Made by a program: the position numbers and the translations under genes. The notes under the pieces were generated by a model that was given only the letters and a program-made list of their open reading frames with translations, was not told where the DNA came from and made no database searches. Positions 9,661 through 18,448 of a stretch of 64,000 bases of DNA are shown one piece after another. The DNA comes from Clostridia bacterium (GTDB taxonomy: Bacteria > Bacillota > Peptococcia > DRI-13 > SV3-B141), in assembly GCA_018433015.1 (NCBI GenBank), contig JAHDSB010000027.1, positions 46,380 through 110,379 of the forward strand. Direction: 5' to 3'. How positions within the stretch are numbered: position 1 is the stretch's first letter; each line of letters begins with the position of its first letter.

Positions 9661-9936
9661 GTGATGATAAAGATTTCTGATTTGCGAGATAGAGAGATTA
9701 TTAACGTTAATGATGGTAGGCGCCTTGGTCCTATCAAAGATATAGACTTAGACTTAGAAAATGGTAGAATTAGAGCTATTATCTTGCCCGAAATTTCAGG
9801 AGGACGTATTCTGGGTATCTTCAGCAGGGGTGAAGATATAGTAATACCCTGGGAGAAAATAGTTCGAATAGGCGTTGACGTAGTTTTGGTGGAAGTAACG
9901 GGACAGCAGCCGGAACTTCCCAACAGCAATGTATAA
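9661..9936 (+). CDS. ylmC: YlmC/YmxH family sporulation protein (PRC-barrel)
   Basis: MIKISDLRDREIINVNDGRRLGPIKDIDLDLENGRIRAIILP matches the YlmC/YmxH pattern. The ORF is open from 9613, but the GTG-ATG at 9661/9664 behind a G-rich RBS fits the family length (~90 aa). Confidence 0.8.
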   Translation: MMIKISDLRDREIINVNDGRRLGPIKDIDLDLENGRIRAIILPEISGGRILGIFSRGEDIVIPWEKIVRIGVDVVLVEVTGQQPELPNSNV

Positions 9937-9985
9937 AGGGCACTCAGAAGGCAGTTCTTCGTAAAACAGTATTGAATAGATTTGG

Positions 9986-10022
9986 AAGAGTGGCATAGCG
10001 TAGAAGCTATGCCACTCTTTCG
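9986..10022 (+). terminator. Hairpin terminator after ylmC
   Basis: 14-bp stem AAGAGTGGCATAGC / GCTATGCCACTCTT with a 6-nt loop and a short T tail. Confidence 0.6.
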
Positions 10023-10323
10023 TCTACGGGACCAGTAGCCCTATACTGAACATAGAAAGTATGACCAGTAAGTACGTACCTAAAAATTGTAGCCATGAGC
10101 CGTATAATTGGTAGCCGAAGAATACCGTTGCAGTCATATAAACAAGGCTCTGGTGTTAAAGTGTAAGGATGAATTCCAATGCTGTGTGCTATTTCTGCCT
10201 TTTATACGGTTCATTCAATCCGAGCATCTCTATTCTCCTGCATTGTATCATCGTCGTAAAAGTCTGGTGGTATAATGGAGGGTTTTAATTGTAGCTGATA
10301 GGAAAAGAAGACGCAAGTGTGTG

Positions 10324-10365
10324 AAGATACCGGATTGCCTGAAGGGTATCTTTTATTATTTTTTT
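10324..10365 (+). terminator. Intrinsic terminator with no annotated upstream gene
   Basis: AAGATACC-13 nt-GGTATCTT followed by TTATTATTTTTTT. It lies ~50 nt downstream of an extended -10 (TGGTATAAT, 10268-10276). Confidence 0.5.
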
Positions 10366-10423
10366 GATATATAAAAATAATGTCCTATGACAAATTTACT
10401 AGAAAATTATTCCCTTTTGTTTA

Positions 10424-10476
10424 TTGACACACTACATATAGTTATGTATTATAGTAATGCACACTATATATAGTAA
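10424..10476 (+). promoter_or_regulatory. nrdR-nrdDG promoter (TTGACA 10424-10429, 17 nt, TATTAT 10447-10452) overlapped by two NrdR boxes (10429-10444 and 10461-10476)
   Basis: ACACTACATATAGTTA and ACACTATATATAGTAA resemble the 16-bp NrdR palindrome acaCwAtATaTwGtgt. The box starts are 32 bp apart, as is typical for tandem NrdR boxes. Confidence 0.65.
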
Positions 10477-10505
10477 AAAATTGTAGGGAAGGGTATGTGG
10501 TTGCC

Positions 10506-10964
10506 ATGCGTTGCCCTGTATGTGGTAAGTTAGATTCAAAGGTTTTAGAAACAAGATTGGCAGAAGATGGTTATTCTGTGCGTCGCCGTAGAGAATGTTT
10601 GGAGTGTCAAACTAGATTCACAACATATGAAAAATATGATGATCTACCTCTTTTAGTTGTAAAAAAAGATGGAAGACGTGAAGCCTTCAGTCAACATAAG
10701 ATCTTGGATGGAATGATCAGAGCCTGTCAAAAACGTCCTGTGCCTTTGGACAAGCTGGAAAGCATAGCAGCTGAAATTGAACGGGTGCTTAAAAATAACT
10801 CTCTGAAACGTGAAGTATCTACAACAGAAATCGGTGAAATGGTTATGGAGGGATTAAAGGAATTAGATGCTGTAGCATACGTTCGCTTTGCCAGTGTTTA
10901 CAGGGAGTTTAAAGATATAAACACCTTCATGGATGAAATTGAAATATTGTTGAGAAAAAGGTAG
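10506..10964 (+). CDS. nrdR: Transcriptional repressor NrdR (zinc ribbon plus ATP-cone)
   Basis: MRCPVCG...CLECQTRFTTYE zinc ribbon followed by an ATP-cone. The ORF is open from GTG 10497, but the family N-terminus MxCPxC fits ATG 10506. Confidence 0.93.
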   Translation: MRCPVCGKLDSKVLETRLAEDGYSVRRRRECLECQTRFTTYEKYDDLPLLVVKKDGRREAFSQHKILDGMIRACQKRPVPLDKLESIAAEIERVLKNNSLKREVSTTEIGEMVMEGLKELDAVAYVRFASVYREFKDINTFMDEIEILLRKR

Positions 10965-10975
10965 GAGGGGTTTTT

Positions 10976-13096
10976 GTGTTTACGAAGATAAAAAAGAGGG
11001 ACGATAGAGTTGTACCATTCAAAGAAACTAAAATAACGGATGCTATATTTGCTGCTGCTAAAGCGGTAGGCGGTGAAGATAGACAAACTGCTATGGAATT
11101 AACTCTAGAAGTAATGAAGGAACTTAAAGAAAAATTTAATGGTGATGTATTCTCCGTTGAAGATGTTCAAGATGCCGTAGAAAAGGTATTGATTGAAAAA
11201 GGACATGCTAAGACAGCAAAAGCCTATATTATATATAGAGAAAAGCGGTCCCAAATAAGGGAAGCCCGTTCAGAATTAATGGATGCAGTAGCTGAAATAG
11301 TGAGAGAAACTAACCGTGAGAATGCTAATGTGGGTAATTCTCCTTCTGCTAAGATCCTTCAGATTGCTGAGGTTGCTTCCAAGAACTTTTATTTAAAACG
11401 TGTTATTCCTGAGGATGAAGCTATAGCCCATACGGAGGGCGATATTTACATACATGATTTAGGGTGGTATGGAAAAACCGTTACTTGCTTACAAATTCCT
11501 TTGGATCGGTTATTAAAAGAAGGCTTTAATAACGGTCATGGATATATTAGACCTCCCAAGGGCGTAAAGACTGCTGCTGCATTAGCTGCTATCATTCTGC
11601 AGAGCAATCAGAATGATATGCATGGTGGACAATCCTTTGCTTATTTTGATCGGGATATGGCTCCTTATGTAGAAATCGAATATCAACGGCAAGAAAAGAT
11701 ACTGCGGGAAAATTTAGAAGAATTAGGAGTTAGTTGTAGCGAAGAAGAAATAGAGAAGGTCGCTATGGAACGGACAGAAAATGAAGTGTTTCAGGCGATG
11801 GAAGGATTTATATATAATTTAAACACCATGCATTCTCGGGCAGGAGCACAGGTGCCTTTTTCCAGCATTAATTTTGGGACAGACACTTCATGGTCCGGAC
11901 GTATGATAACTAAAAATGTATTGTTGGCTTTTGAAAAAGGGTTAGGTAAAGGAGAGGCTCCTATATTCCCTAATGCTATCTTTAAAATTAAAGAAGACGT
12001 AAATTATGATCCCGATGATCCTAACTATGATTTGTTTAAATTAAGTTTGCAAGTGGCTTGTAAACGACTACAGCCCAATTATTCTTTTCAGGATGCTAGT
12101 TTCAATGCACCTTACAGAGATGAAGAAGTAGCTTATATGGGCTGTAGGACCAGAGTTATGGCTAATGTGAACGGGCCAGAGGTAACTAATGGACGTGGCA
12201 ATCTATCTTTTACTACTATAAACCTACCCCGTCTTGGTCTAATTGCTAAAGGAGATCTTACTCTATTTTGGCAAAAGCTTGATGCAGTGTTGGATTTAAC
12301 AATTAAGCAGTTATTAACCAGATATAACATCCAGAAAGCCTTAAAAGTTAGAGATTTTCCATTTTTAATGGGACAGAAGCTTTATATAAACAGCGAAAGT
12401 TTAAAAGCGGAAGATCCCGTGGAAGAGGCTATTAAGAATGGTACACTAAGTGTTGGTTTTATAGGATTAGCTGAATGTTTGATTGCGTTAACAGGCAAAC
12501 ACCACGGAGAAAGCCAAGATGCTCAAGCTTTAGGTTTGTCAATTGTAAGTTATATGCGTCGTCGTTGTGATGAAGCTACGAAGAAATATCATCTCAACTT
12601 TACATTACTTGCTACTCCAGCGGAAGGCTTAAGCGGCAAATTTACTAAATTAGATCTGGAACGTTTTGGAGTTATTCCTCAAATCACTGATAAGGAATGG
12701 TATACTAACTCTTTCCATGTTCCTGTAGAATATGAGATAACGGCTATGGATAAGATTGCTATCGAGGGATCTTATCACAAATATTGTAATGCTGGTCACA
12801 TTTCGTATGTGGAATTACCCTCTGCACCTAATCACAATCTAGATGCTTTTGAATCTATTATTAGAGCAATGTATGAAGCCGATATGGGTTATGCAGCAGT
12901 TAATTTCCCTGTAGATATTTGTAAAGAATGTGGATTTAACGGAATTATAGAAACTGAAACATGCCCCAAATGTAAGACGGAAGGAAACATAAGTAGAGTA
13001 CGACGGATTACAGGATATCTTTCTACTTTAGATATGTTTAATGAGAGTAAACTGGCAGAGGAAAGAAACAGAAAGGTACACATGAAATTTTCTTGA
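10976..13096 (+). CDS. nrdD: Anaerobic ribonucleoside-triphosphate reductase (class III)
   Basis: 706 aa. N-terminal ATP-cone, C-terminal Zn-Cys cluster (CKECGF...CPKC) and glycyl-radical motif RVRRITGYLS. Confidence 0.93.
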   Translation: MFTKIKKRDDRVVPFKETKITDAIFAAAKAVGGEDRQTAMELTLEVMKELKEKFNGDVFSVEDVQDAVEKVLIEKGHAKTAKAYIIYREKRSQIREARSELMDAVAEIVRETNRENANVGNSPSAKILQIAEVASKNFYLKRVIPEDEAIAHTEGDIYIHDLGWYGKTVTCLQIPLDRLLKEGFNNGHGYIRPPKGVKTAAALAAIILQSNQNDMHGGQSFAYFDRDMAPYVEIEYQRQEKILRENLEELGVSCSEEEIEKVAMERTENEVFQAMEGFIYNLNTMHSRAGAQVPFSSINFGTDTSWSGRMITKNVLLAFEKGLGKGEAPIFPNAIFKIKEDVNYDPDDPNYDLFKLSLQVACKRLQPNYSFQDASFNAPYRDEEVAYMGCRTRVMANVNGPEVTNGRGNLSFTTINLPRLGLIAKGDLTLFWQKLDAVLDLTIKQLLTRYNIQKALKVRDFPFLMGQKLYINSESLKAEDPVEEAIKNGTLSVGFIGLAECLIALTGKHHGESQDAQALGLSIVSYMRRRCDEATKKYHLNFTLLATPAEGLSGKFTKLDLERFGVIPQITDKEWYTNSFHVPVEYEITAMDKIAIEGSYHKYCNAGHISYVELPSAPNHNLDAFESIIRAMYEADMGYAAVNFPVDICKECGFNGIIETETCPKCKTEGNISRVRRITGYLSTLDMFNESKLAEERNRKVHMKFS

Positions 13097-13122
13097 GTAA
13101 TATGTACGGGAAGTGATATAAA

Positions 13123-13620
13123 GTGCGGATGGCAGGAATAGTACCGGAAAGTGTTGTGGATGGTCCGGGAGTACGCTTTGTTGTATTTGTACAGGGATGT
13201 CCCCATCACTGTACGGGCTGTCACAATCCTGAAACCTGGGATCCCCAGGGAGGAAAAGAAATGACAGTTAAAGAAGTTTTAAAGATGCTGAGAAAAAAGG
13301 TTAAACTTCACCATATTAAAGGTCTTACTCTATCGGGAGGCGAACCTTTTTTGCAGGCTGAGGAACTTGTCCAGTTAGCAAAAGAAGCAAGGAAAATGGG
13401 TTTGGATGTAGTTACTTATACGGGGTATACTTTGGAACAGCTCCAAACCTTAGATTTACCTGGAGTAAAAGAATTGCTAGCTGTAACAGATGTTTTAGTA
13501 GATGGTCCTTTTATTCAGGAATTAAGAGATATCAGTCTGGCCTTTAGAGGTTCTAAGAATCAGCGGGTAATTAATCTAGCTGCTACTAGAGAACAGGGAC
13601 AAGTGATATTAATAGCATAA
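13123..13620 (+). CDS. nrdG: Anaerobic RNR activating protein (radical SAM)
   Basis: ESVVDGPGVRFVVFVQGCPHHCTGCHNPETW matches the NrdG CxxxCxxC-type cluster. It is adjacent to nrdD. Confidence 0.88.
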   Translation: MRMAGIVPESVVDGPGVRFVVFVQGCPHHCTGCHNPETWDPQGGKEMTVKEVLKMLRKKVKLHHIKGLTLSGGEPFLQAEELVQLAKEARKMGLDVVTYTGYTLEQLQTLDLPGVKELLAVTDVLVDGPFIQELRDISLAFRGSKNQRVINLAATREQGQVILIA

Positions 13621-13631
13621 AATATAGGGAG

Positions 13632-13670
13632 AAGCAAACAAGTCTTTGAGAGGGCTTGTTTGCTTTTTTA
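13632..13670 (+). terminator. Intrinsic terminator after nrdG
   Basis: AAGCAAACAAG ... CTTGTTTGCTT stem followed by TTTTT. Confidence 0.8.
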
Positions 13671-13775
13671 TTTACCCAGATAATACAAATTACGCTAGCT
13701 ATGTTATAATGAGGTTCAAAAGAATTATATATGTGTATTGCAGACTAACTTTATAGATAAGGGGCTGTAAAAATA

Positions 13776-15110
13776 ATGAAATGTAAATTAAAGCTGTTAA
13801 GCTTTTTAATGATTATTATCACAGGATTGATAGCAATAGGTTGTCAGGAGAAAAAGACGGGGGGAGAAGAGCTGATGCAAAAATATACCCCCGGCTATAA
13901 ACGGGCTGAAAAGTTAGGTCTTGTGACAGAACCCCAGATTAAGAGAGAGATTAAAGAAGCAAATACTACTTTGACTATTGAAAAGATTTGGTATAGCAGC
14001 AGGCAGGTATACGTATTTTATTCCCTAGAACCATATGTACCTAATACATATCTTAATTTTGGGCATCTGGAGCATCCTGAATACGAAAACGCAAAAACCG
14101 GGAATTATCGAAGCGACGGATATACTGCTAATTTTCCGGAAAGATCTGATGTACCCGTTATTGATGGAAAATATTATGGTAGGATAACGTATAATCCTTT
14201 GCGTGATGAAAAGGATCAGCTGCTGGCAAAAGTTAAAGACGTATATTTAACGAACATTAGTTTAAGGGAAAAGAATAAAACTTATGAAGTGACCCCCATA
14301 AAGATACCAGTTAAGTTCGATATCTCTAAAGAGAAGGCAGATCTTTTTAAACTCAATAAAGAAGTAGATTTATTAGGGAGAAAACTTTATTTACATGAGT
14401 TGGAAGTTGGTCCCGCGGAAAATAGCATAAAGTGTACTTTTAAGGGAAAAGAAAATGAACAGTTTTATTCGTTAGATTTAAGACTCATTACAGATAAGGG
14501 AGAGGAAAGAAGAATCAGTTCCATTAAAAGTAATAAAGATTATTATGGAGAAGGCTATGGATTAGTATTTACTTTTCCTCCTTTTGATGAACTTCCTCAA
14601 GAAATTGAGCTAAATATTAGCAATGTAGATATGATTGGTTCTGAAAAGGTGTCATTTGAATTAGATACGGATTTGTATAAGCAGTATTTAACAAGAGAAA
14701 TGGGACAGGGCCATGAATTTAACGTTAAAAAGCTAATTGGTTTAAAAGGAAACAGTCAAACATATTTAGAACATGTTTATGCGGACAAAAGAGGTATAGA
14801 TATAGAAATCGAACATAAAAATAAAGAAAATATAGAGAAGCCATATGAGGCTTTATTTGCAGCATCACCGCTAAATGATTCCTGTTATCGCACAGACCAG
14901 AAATATAAAATGGCTAATGTTGCCACAATAATTAATGAAAAAGGGGAACAAGGGGCCTTGGGTAATAGAGGAAAAGGTCCTGGGAATAGGATGAGTGGAT
15001 TTATAGAAGCTGATTATGTAAAGGGATCACAAAAAATTAAAGTTATTGTAGAAAATCTTACTTTTCGTATTTTCGGGGAATGGAAGATACCTATCAAACT
15101 TGAAAAGTAA
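13776..15110 (+). CDS. Putative lipoprotein, function unknown (beta-rich; resembles DUF4179/DUF5643-type domains that accompany anti-sigma factors)
   Basis: Lipobox LIAIGC at residues 18-23 and a good RBS (AAGGGG). There are no catalytic motifs. The domain resemblance is by eye only. Confidence 0.6.
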   Translation: MKCKLKLLSFLMIIITGLIAIGCQEKKTGGEELMQKYTPGYKRAEKLGLVTEPQIKREIKEANTTLTIEKIWYSSRQVYVFYSLEPYVPNTYLNFGHLEHPEYENAKTGNYRSDGYTANFPERSDVPVIDGKYYGRITYNPLRDEKDQLLAKVKDVYLTNISLREKNKTYEVTPIKIPVKFDISKEKADLFKLNKEVDLLGRKLYLHELEVGPAENSIKCTFKGKENEQFYSLDLRLITDKGEERRISSIKSNKDYYGEGYGLVFTFPPFDELPQEIELNISNVDMIGSEKVSFELDTDLYKQYLTREMGQGHEFNVKKLIGLKGNSQTYLEHVYADKRGIDIEIEHKNKENIEKPYEALFAASPLNDSCYRTDQKYKMANVATIINEKGEQGALGNRGKGPGNRMSGFIEADYVKGSQKIKVIVENLTFRIFGEWKIPIKLEK

Positions 15111-15145
15111 CGGTATAATCAAGCACTAAGGAGATGGGGGTGTAT

Positions 15146-16708
15146 ATGAAAAAGTATTTATCTGTTGTATGTCTTGCCCTTGTACTTTTCTTATGGACGG
15201 GATGCAGCAAAGTAGAAGAGTTGAAAGAGGCCTATCAAAAGGGAGATTTGGAGAAGGTCTTGCAGATAGCACAGGAGCTAAGCGAAGAACAACCCCATAA
15301 CCCGGATTTACATTTTTACATAGGTCAGGCTTACGAGAATCTGGGAAGGTTAAGAGAAGCTCTCAAAGAATATGAGCTGGTGCTTATTTTAAGGCCACAT
15401 TATGATAGCAAGTATGGTAATAAAGAAGAGGTTCAAAAAAGGATAAGTAAAATCAAAGAGCAGCTAGCTCAAGAGGAAGAAAAACGTAAAGAAAAAGAGA
15501 AACTAGTTGCTTTTAAAAGGCTTGCAGAAATACCAGTGGAGAAAGAAAATGCTAAGGAACTAAGCCAAGCTTATACAGAGGCACTATCTTTCAAACAGGA
15601 TACGGCTATTTTATTACAAGGTATATATGATTTAGCAGGAATAGGTAAGGTTGATTTAGCTTATAACCTTTATGAAAGATTTAAGGATAAGGCAGAAGAT
15701 ATAGATGAGGTAATAAATCCTAAAAAAGAAAATTACTTTGCAGAAGCTAAGAAAAAAATCCCCCAGATTCAAGCCCAAAAAATCGGGCAGGGGGCCAATA
15801 TTGAGGGCCTGGTAACGTTATATTATCTTGCTGACGATTCAGGTTTACTATATATGATTAATACTGGACAGAGTTCCAATAATATGTACTTGTATCATTT
15901 TGCTATTCAGACTAAGAAAAATGAACAGATTTTATGTGGTAGTTGGAAACAAGAGGAAGGCCAATTCAAAACCTTACTAGATGGAAGGATTCTCTATTGT
16001 GACGGAAGCAAAATTATTATATTAAATGGGGAAACTTTTAAAATAGAAAAAGAAGTTACATTGCCTGATGATGTAAAATACGTAGATGTTTCTTACGATG
16101 GGAGAAAAGTAGTTTATACTAAAGGTAACAGTGGTTTATGGGTTGATACTTTGGATTTCCAAGAGCCCCAGCGTATACTTGCTAGGGACGAAGAAACTAC
16201 ACAAGGGTTCGAACCTAGATGGTCCCGGTGGAATAGGGATAGTACTAAAATTGCATATATTGAATATAGTGGGAAATCTCCTGCAGGTGTAGGTGTTATC
16301 TACGAAGATGGAAGCAACAAGGTTTTTAAAGAAATGGCTAATGTATATGAGCCCATCTGGTTTCCAGATGGTGAAAAAATTGCAGTAGCAACTAATTCAG
16401 ATGGAGCAGAATCTGGAGAAAGTTGGATTTGGTATATAACTAAAAATTCTGTTAAACAAATTAGTAAGATGAAGGGTATTAATGCGGTAGCAATATCACA
16501 TAAAGGTGAAAGAGTTTCTTTTTTAAAGTTTTGTGGCATAGGTTATAATTTATGGATAAAAGATCTTATTACAGAGAAAGAAAGTCTGATCGGAGGCAAT
16601 ATAGGAGTAATTGATTATGCTTGGTCTGCTGATGATAAAAAAGTAGTTTATGCAGTTAAGTCCGGGAAGGGAAAGCCCTATACATTCTGGCTAAGTAATA
16701 TAAAGTAA
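15146..16708 (+). CDS. Putative lipoprotein with N-terminal TPR region and C-terminal TolB-like beta-propeller
   Basis: Signal peptide plus lipobox LWTGC. TPR-like segment YIGQAYENLGRLREALKEYELVL. The C-terminal half has repeated YSxDGxKxxY / WxPDGxKIA motifs typical of WD40-like/TolB propellers. The ORF is open from 15134. Confidence 0.65.
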   Translation: MKKYLSVVCLALVLFLWTGCSKVEELKEAYQKGDLEKVLQIAQELSEEQPHNPDLHFYIGQAYENLGRLREALKEYELVLILRPHYDSKYGNKEEVQKRISKIKEQLAQEEEKRKEKEKLVAFKRLAEIPVEKENAKELSQAYTEALSFKQDTAILLQGIYDLAGIGKVDLAYNLYERFKDKAEDIDEVINPKKENYFAEAKKKIPQIQAQKIGQGANIEGLVTLYYLADDSGLLYMINTGQSSNNMYLYHFAIQTKKNEQILCGSWKQEEGQFKTLLDGRILYCDGSKIIILNGETFKIEKEVTLPDDVKYVDVSYDGRKVVYTKGNSGLWVDTLDFQEPQRILARDEETTQGFEPRWSRWNRDSTKIAYIEYSGKSPAGVGVIYEDGSNKVFKEMANVYEPIWFPDGEKIAVATNSDGAESGESWIWYITKNSVKQISKMKGINAVAISHKGERVSFLKFCGIGYNLWIKDLITEKESLIGGNIGVIDYAWSADDKKVVYAVKSGKGKPYTFWLSNIK

Positions 16709-16720
16709 AGACTATGAAAT

Positions 16721-16757
16721 AAAAAACTGTTGAAAAATGAATTCAACAGTTTTATTA
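16721..16757 (+). terminator. Intrinsic terminator after the TPR/propeller lipoprotein gene
   Basis: AAAACTGTTGAA-aaatgaa-TTCAACAGTTTT followed by a T-rich tail. Confidence 0.75.
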
Positions 16758-16915
16758 TTCAGCAGTGCTAGTAATGCTTATGGTGACAAAAATGTAAGAT
16801 TGGAGATAAGTTTTGTAAGAGAGAAAACTGGTGGGTTTTATATTGTTATATTAGTATTAATATAGGATGCTGTTGGATATTTTTAAAGGGTATTTAAATG
16901 TGGAGGAAACTAAAG

Positions 16916-17362
16916 ATGAAGTTTCAAGATCTGCTAGATACTGAAAAAGATTGTATAAAGATTATATATAATTTTACTTATAGACTAAGTTACAATAGAA
17001 AATTAGCGGAAAAGCTGACTAAAAGGACAATAATTAATTATCTACAACAAAAAGTTATGTTTCCTAGTCCCCAAGCCAAGCCTATATTGATAATGCTGAA
17101 AGAAGCCTGGCATATATTTGAAAGAGAGTATGGGTTTACTAACCATGATAGTAGCAATTCCATAGAAAATGCTATTTTGCAGTTAAAACCCGAGATACGT
17201 TGCGCTATTGTTCTAAGGGATATCCAAGGTTTTACTATTGAGGAAATTGCCTTAGTGTTATCAAAAAATATTTTTGAAGTAAATTCATTAATAGCTACAG
17301 GAAGAAACTACTTATCTAGATACACTTATCCCTCGATGAAAAGAACGAGGGATAAGTGTTAA
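16916..17362 (+). CDS. Divergent ECF-like sigma-70 family protein
   Basis: Region-4 HTH-like segment AIVLRDIQGFTIEEIALVLSKNIFEVNSLIATGRNYL and a region-2-like N-terminus (YNFTYRLSYNRKLAEKLTKRTIINY). GGAGG lies 9 nt before ATG 16916. The ORF is open from 16898. Confidence 0.5.
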   Translation: MKFQDLLDTEKDCIKIIYNFTYRLSYNRKLAEKLTKRTIINYLQQKVMFPSPQAKPILIMLKEAWHIFEREYGFTNHDSSNSIENAILQLKPEIRCAIVLRDIQGFTIEEIALVLSKNIFEVNSLIATGRNYLSRYTYPSMKRTRDKC

Positions 17363-17367
17363 AGAAC

Positions 17368-17706
17368 TCATGTTATATTTGTCCGATTATAGTAGCGCTT
17401 AATAAAATCATGGACAAAATTAGAACCTCTACTAGCAATGATCCCTGTAGCGATAATACCTATATAAGGAATTCTAGAAGGAAACCCCAGAAGTTCAAAA
17501 ATATCCAGGTTCATATTATAAGCATAAGCAATAGCTATAACGGCAGAAATGCAGCGGAGGGTAAAAGGAGAAAAATCGGGGGTAAATTCTGTATTTTTTA
17601 CCACAGCACTTACAAAGGCGGGTGTATCCATAATAAAAAATTGGATTGTGGCCTCAGTAAGAATAGCTAATGCTATTAAGGCGCCTAGGGAACTAAAGTC
17701 AGGCAT
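17368..17706 (-). CDS. Small three-TM membrane protein, holin-like
   Basis: Strong RBS (AAGGAGG, 7-nt spacing). Three hydrophobic helices and a polar C-terminal tail, with GIIASRGSNFVHDFIKR resembling the last TM and tail of Hol118-type phage holins (by eye). The overlapping + strand ORF 17356..17670 has no such support. Confidence 0.55.
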   Translation of the reverse strand: MPDFSSLGALIALAILTEATIQFFIMDTPAFVSAVVKNTEFTPDFSPFTLRCISAVIAIAYAYNMNLDIFELLGFPSRIPYIGIIATGIIASRGSNFVHDFIKRYYNRTNIT

Positions 17707-17767
17707 TGCTAGACCTCCTTATTAAACTTAATAGACCAATGAAAATTTAATGAGAGAATGTTGACAA

Positions 17768-17804
17768 GGAAAAGCACACTGATTTTATTGCAGTGTGCTT
17801 TTGA
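17768..17804 (-). terminator. Hairpin terminator after the Cys-rich gene 17834..18448
   Basis: 12-bp stem AAAAGCACACTG / CAGTGTGCTTTT with a 9-nt loop. It has U-runs in both orientations. Confidence 0.7.
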
Positions 17805-17833
17805 TAAGTTTGCAAGAATTGACTTAGTGGGGG

Positions 17834-18448
17834 TTAGAAGCATTGAGCAGGTGGTGTTGGTGGACATACGCCCGGTAATGTAACACATGGTGCAGGTACG
17901 CAGAAGCCGTAGCTAGGAACAAGAAGCTGTACTTCCAGAATGCATTTTACAACAACGCAAACTTGTAAAGTACATGTAACAGTTATAGTAGGATCATAGC
18001 CAGAAGGAACGTTAGTTACAATACAACTACAGAATATAACTGTACTTTCGCTACAATCAGGGTTAACACCAGGTGGGCAACATAATGTCACAGTTTTTGT
18101 GAAGGTGAAAGTTCTTTGAACGGTTTCAGTTGTATCTTTAGGGTTTGTTAGTGTGACAGGGACGGATATTAAGAGGGTGATTGTAAAGAATCCTCCACCG
18201 GCATCTACACGACCTACCTCTTGACATGTGATATCACCTGTTTGTGCACAAGGGATTATATCACCCTCAACAAAAGTATCAGTAAATTCTGTTGCGGTAG
18301 AAATGGTAGTGTCCCTTGAAATATCATGGACCTGGAAGCAGCTGTCATATACTTTATCAACTACAATACATTCTATTCTAGTTGGAGGTGGACAGCCTTC
18401 TGGCGGACATACGCCTGGAGAGATTTGAGCAACCTTAGCATCTGACAT
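17834..18448 (-). CDS. Cysteine-rich (18 Cys in 204 aa), Thr/Val/Pro-rich beta-type protein; putative spore-surface structural protein
   Basis: RBS AAAGGAGG upstream and a hairpin terminator downstream (17770-17802). PGVCPP motifs occur at both termini. There is no signal peptide. Confidence 0.6.
   Translation of the reverse strand: MSDAKVAQISPGVCPPEGCPPPTRIECIVVDKVYDSCFQVHDISRDTTISTATEFTDTFVEGDIIPCAQTGDITCQEVGRVDAGGGFFTITLLISVPVTLTNPKDTTETVQRTFTFTKTVTLCCPPGVNPDCSESTVIFCSCIVTNVPSGYDPTITVTCTLQVCVVVKCILEVQLLVPSYGFCVPAPCVTLPGVCPPTPPAQCF

Noticed and set aside
10024-10137. 37-codon hydrophobic ORF on the - strand (possible small membrane peptide or type I toxin)
   Set aside because: It has no Shine-Dalgarno sequence, no convincing promoter or terminator on that strand, and is too short to evaluate by composition. 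It is mentioned only within the intergenic-region finding.
17356-17670. + strand 104-aa ORF overlapping the holin-like gene
   Set aside because: It has no RBS and a basic, low-complexity translation. The - strand ORF has a consensus AAGGAGG RBS and a coherent three-TM profile.
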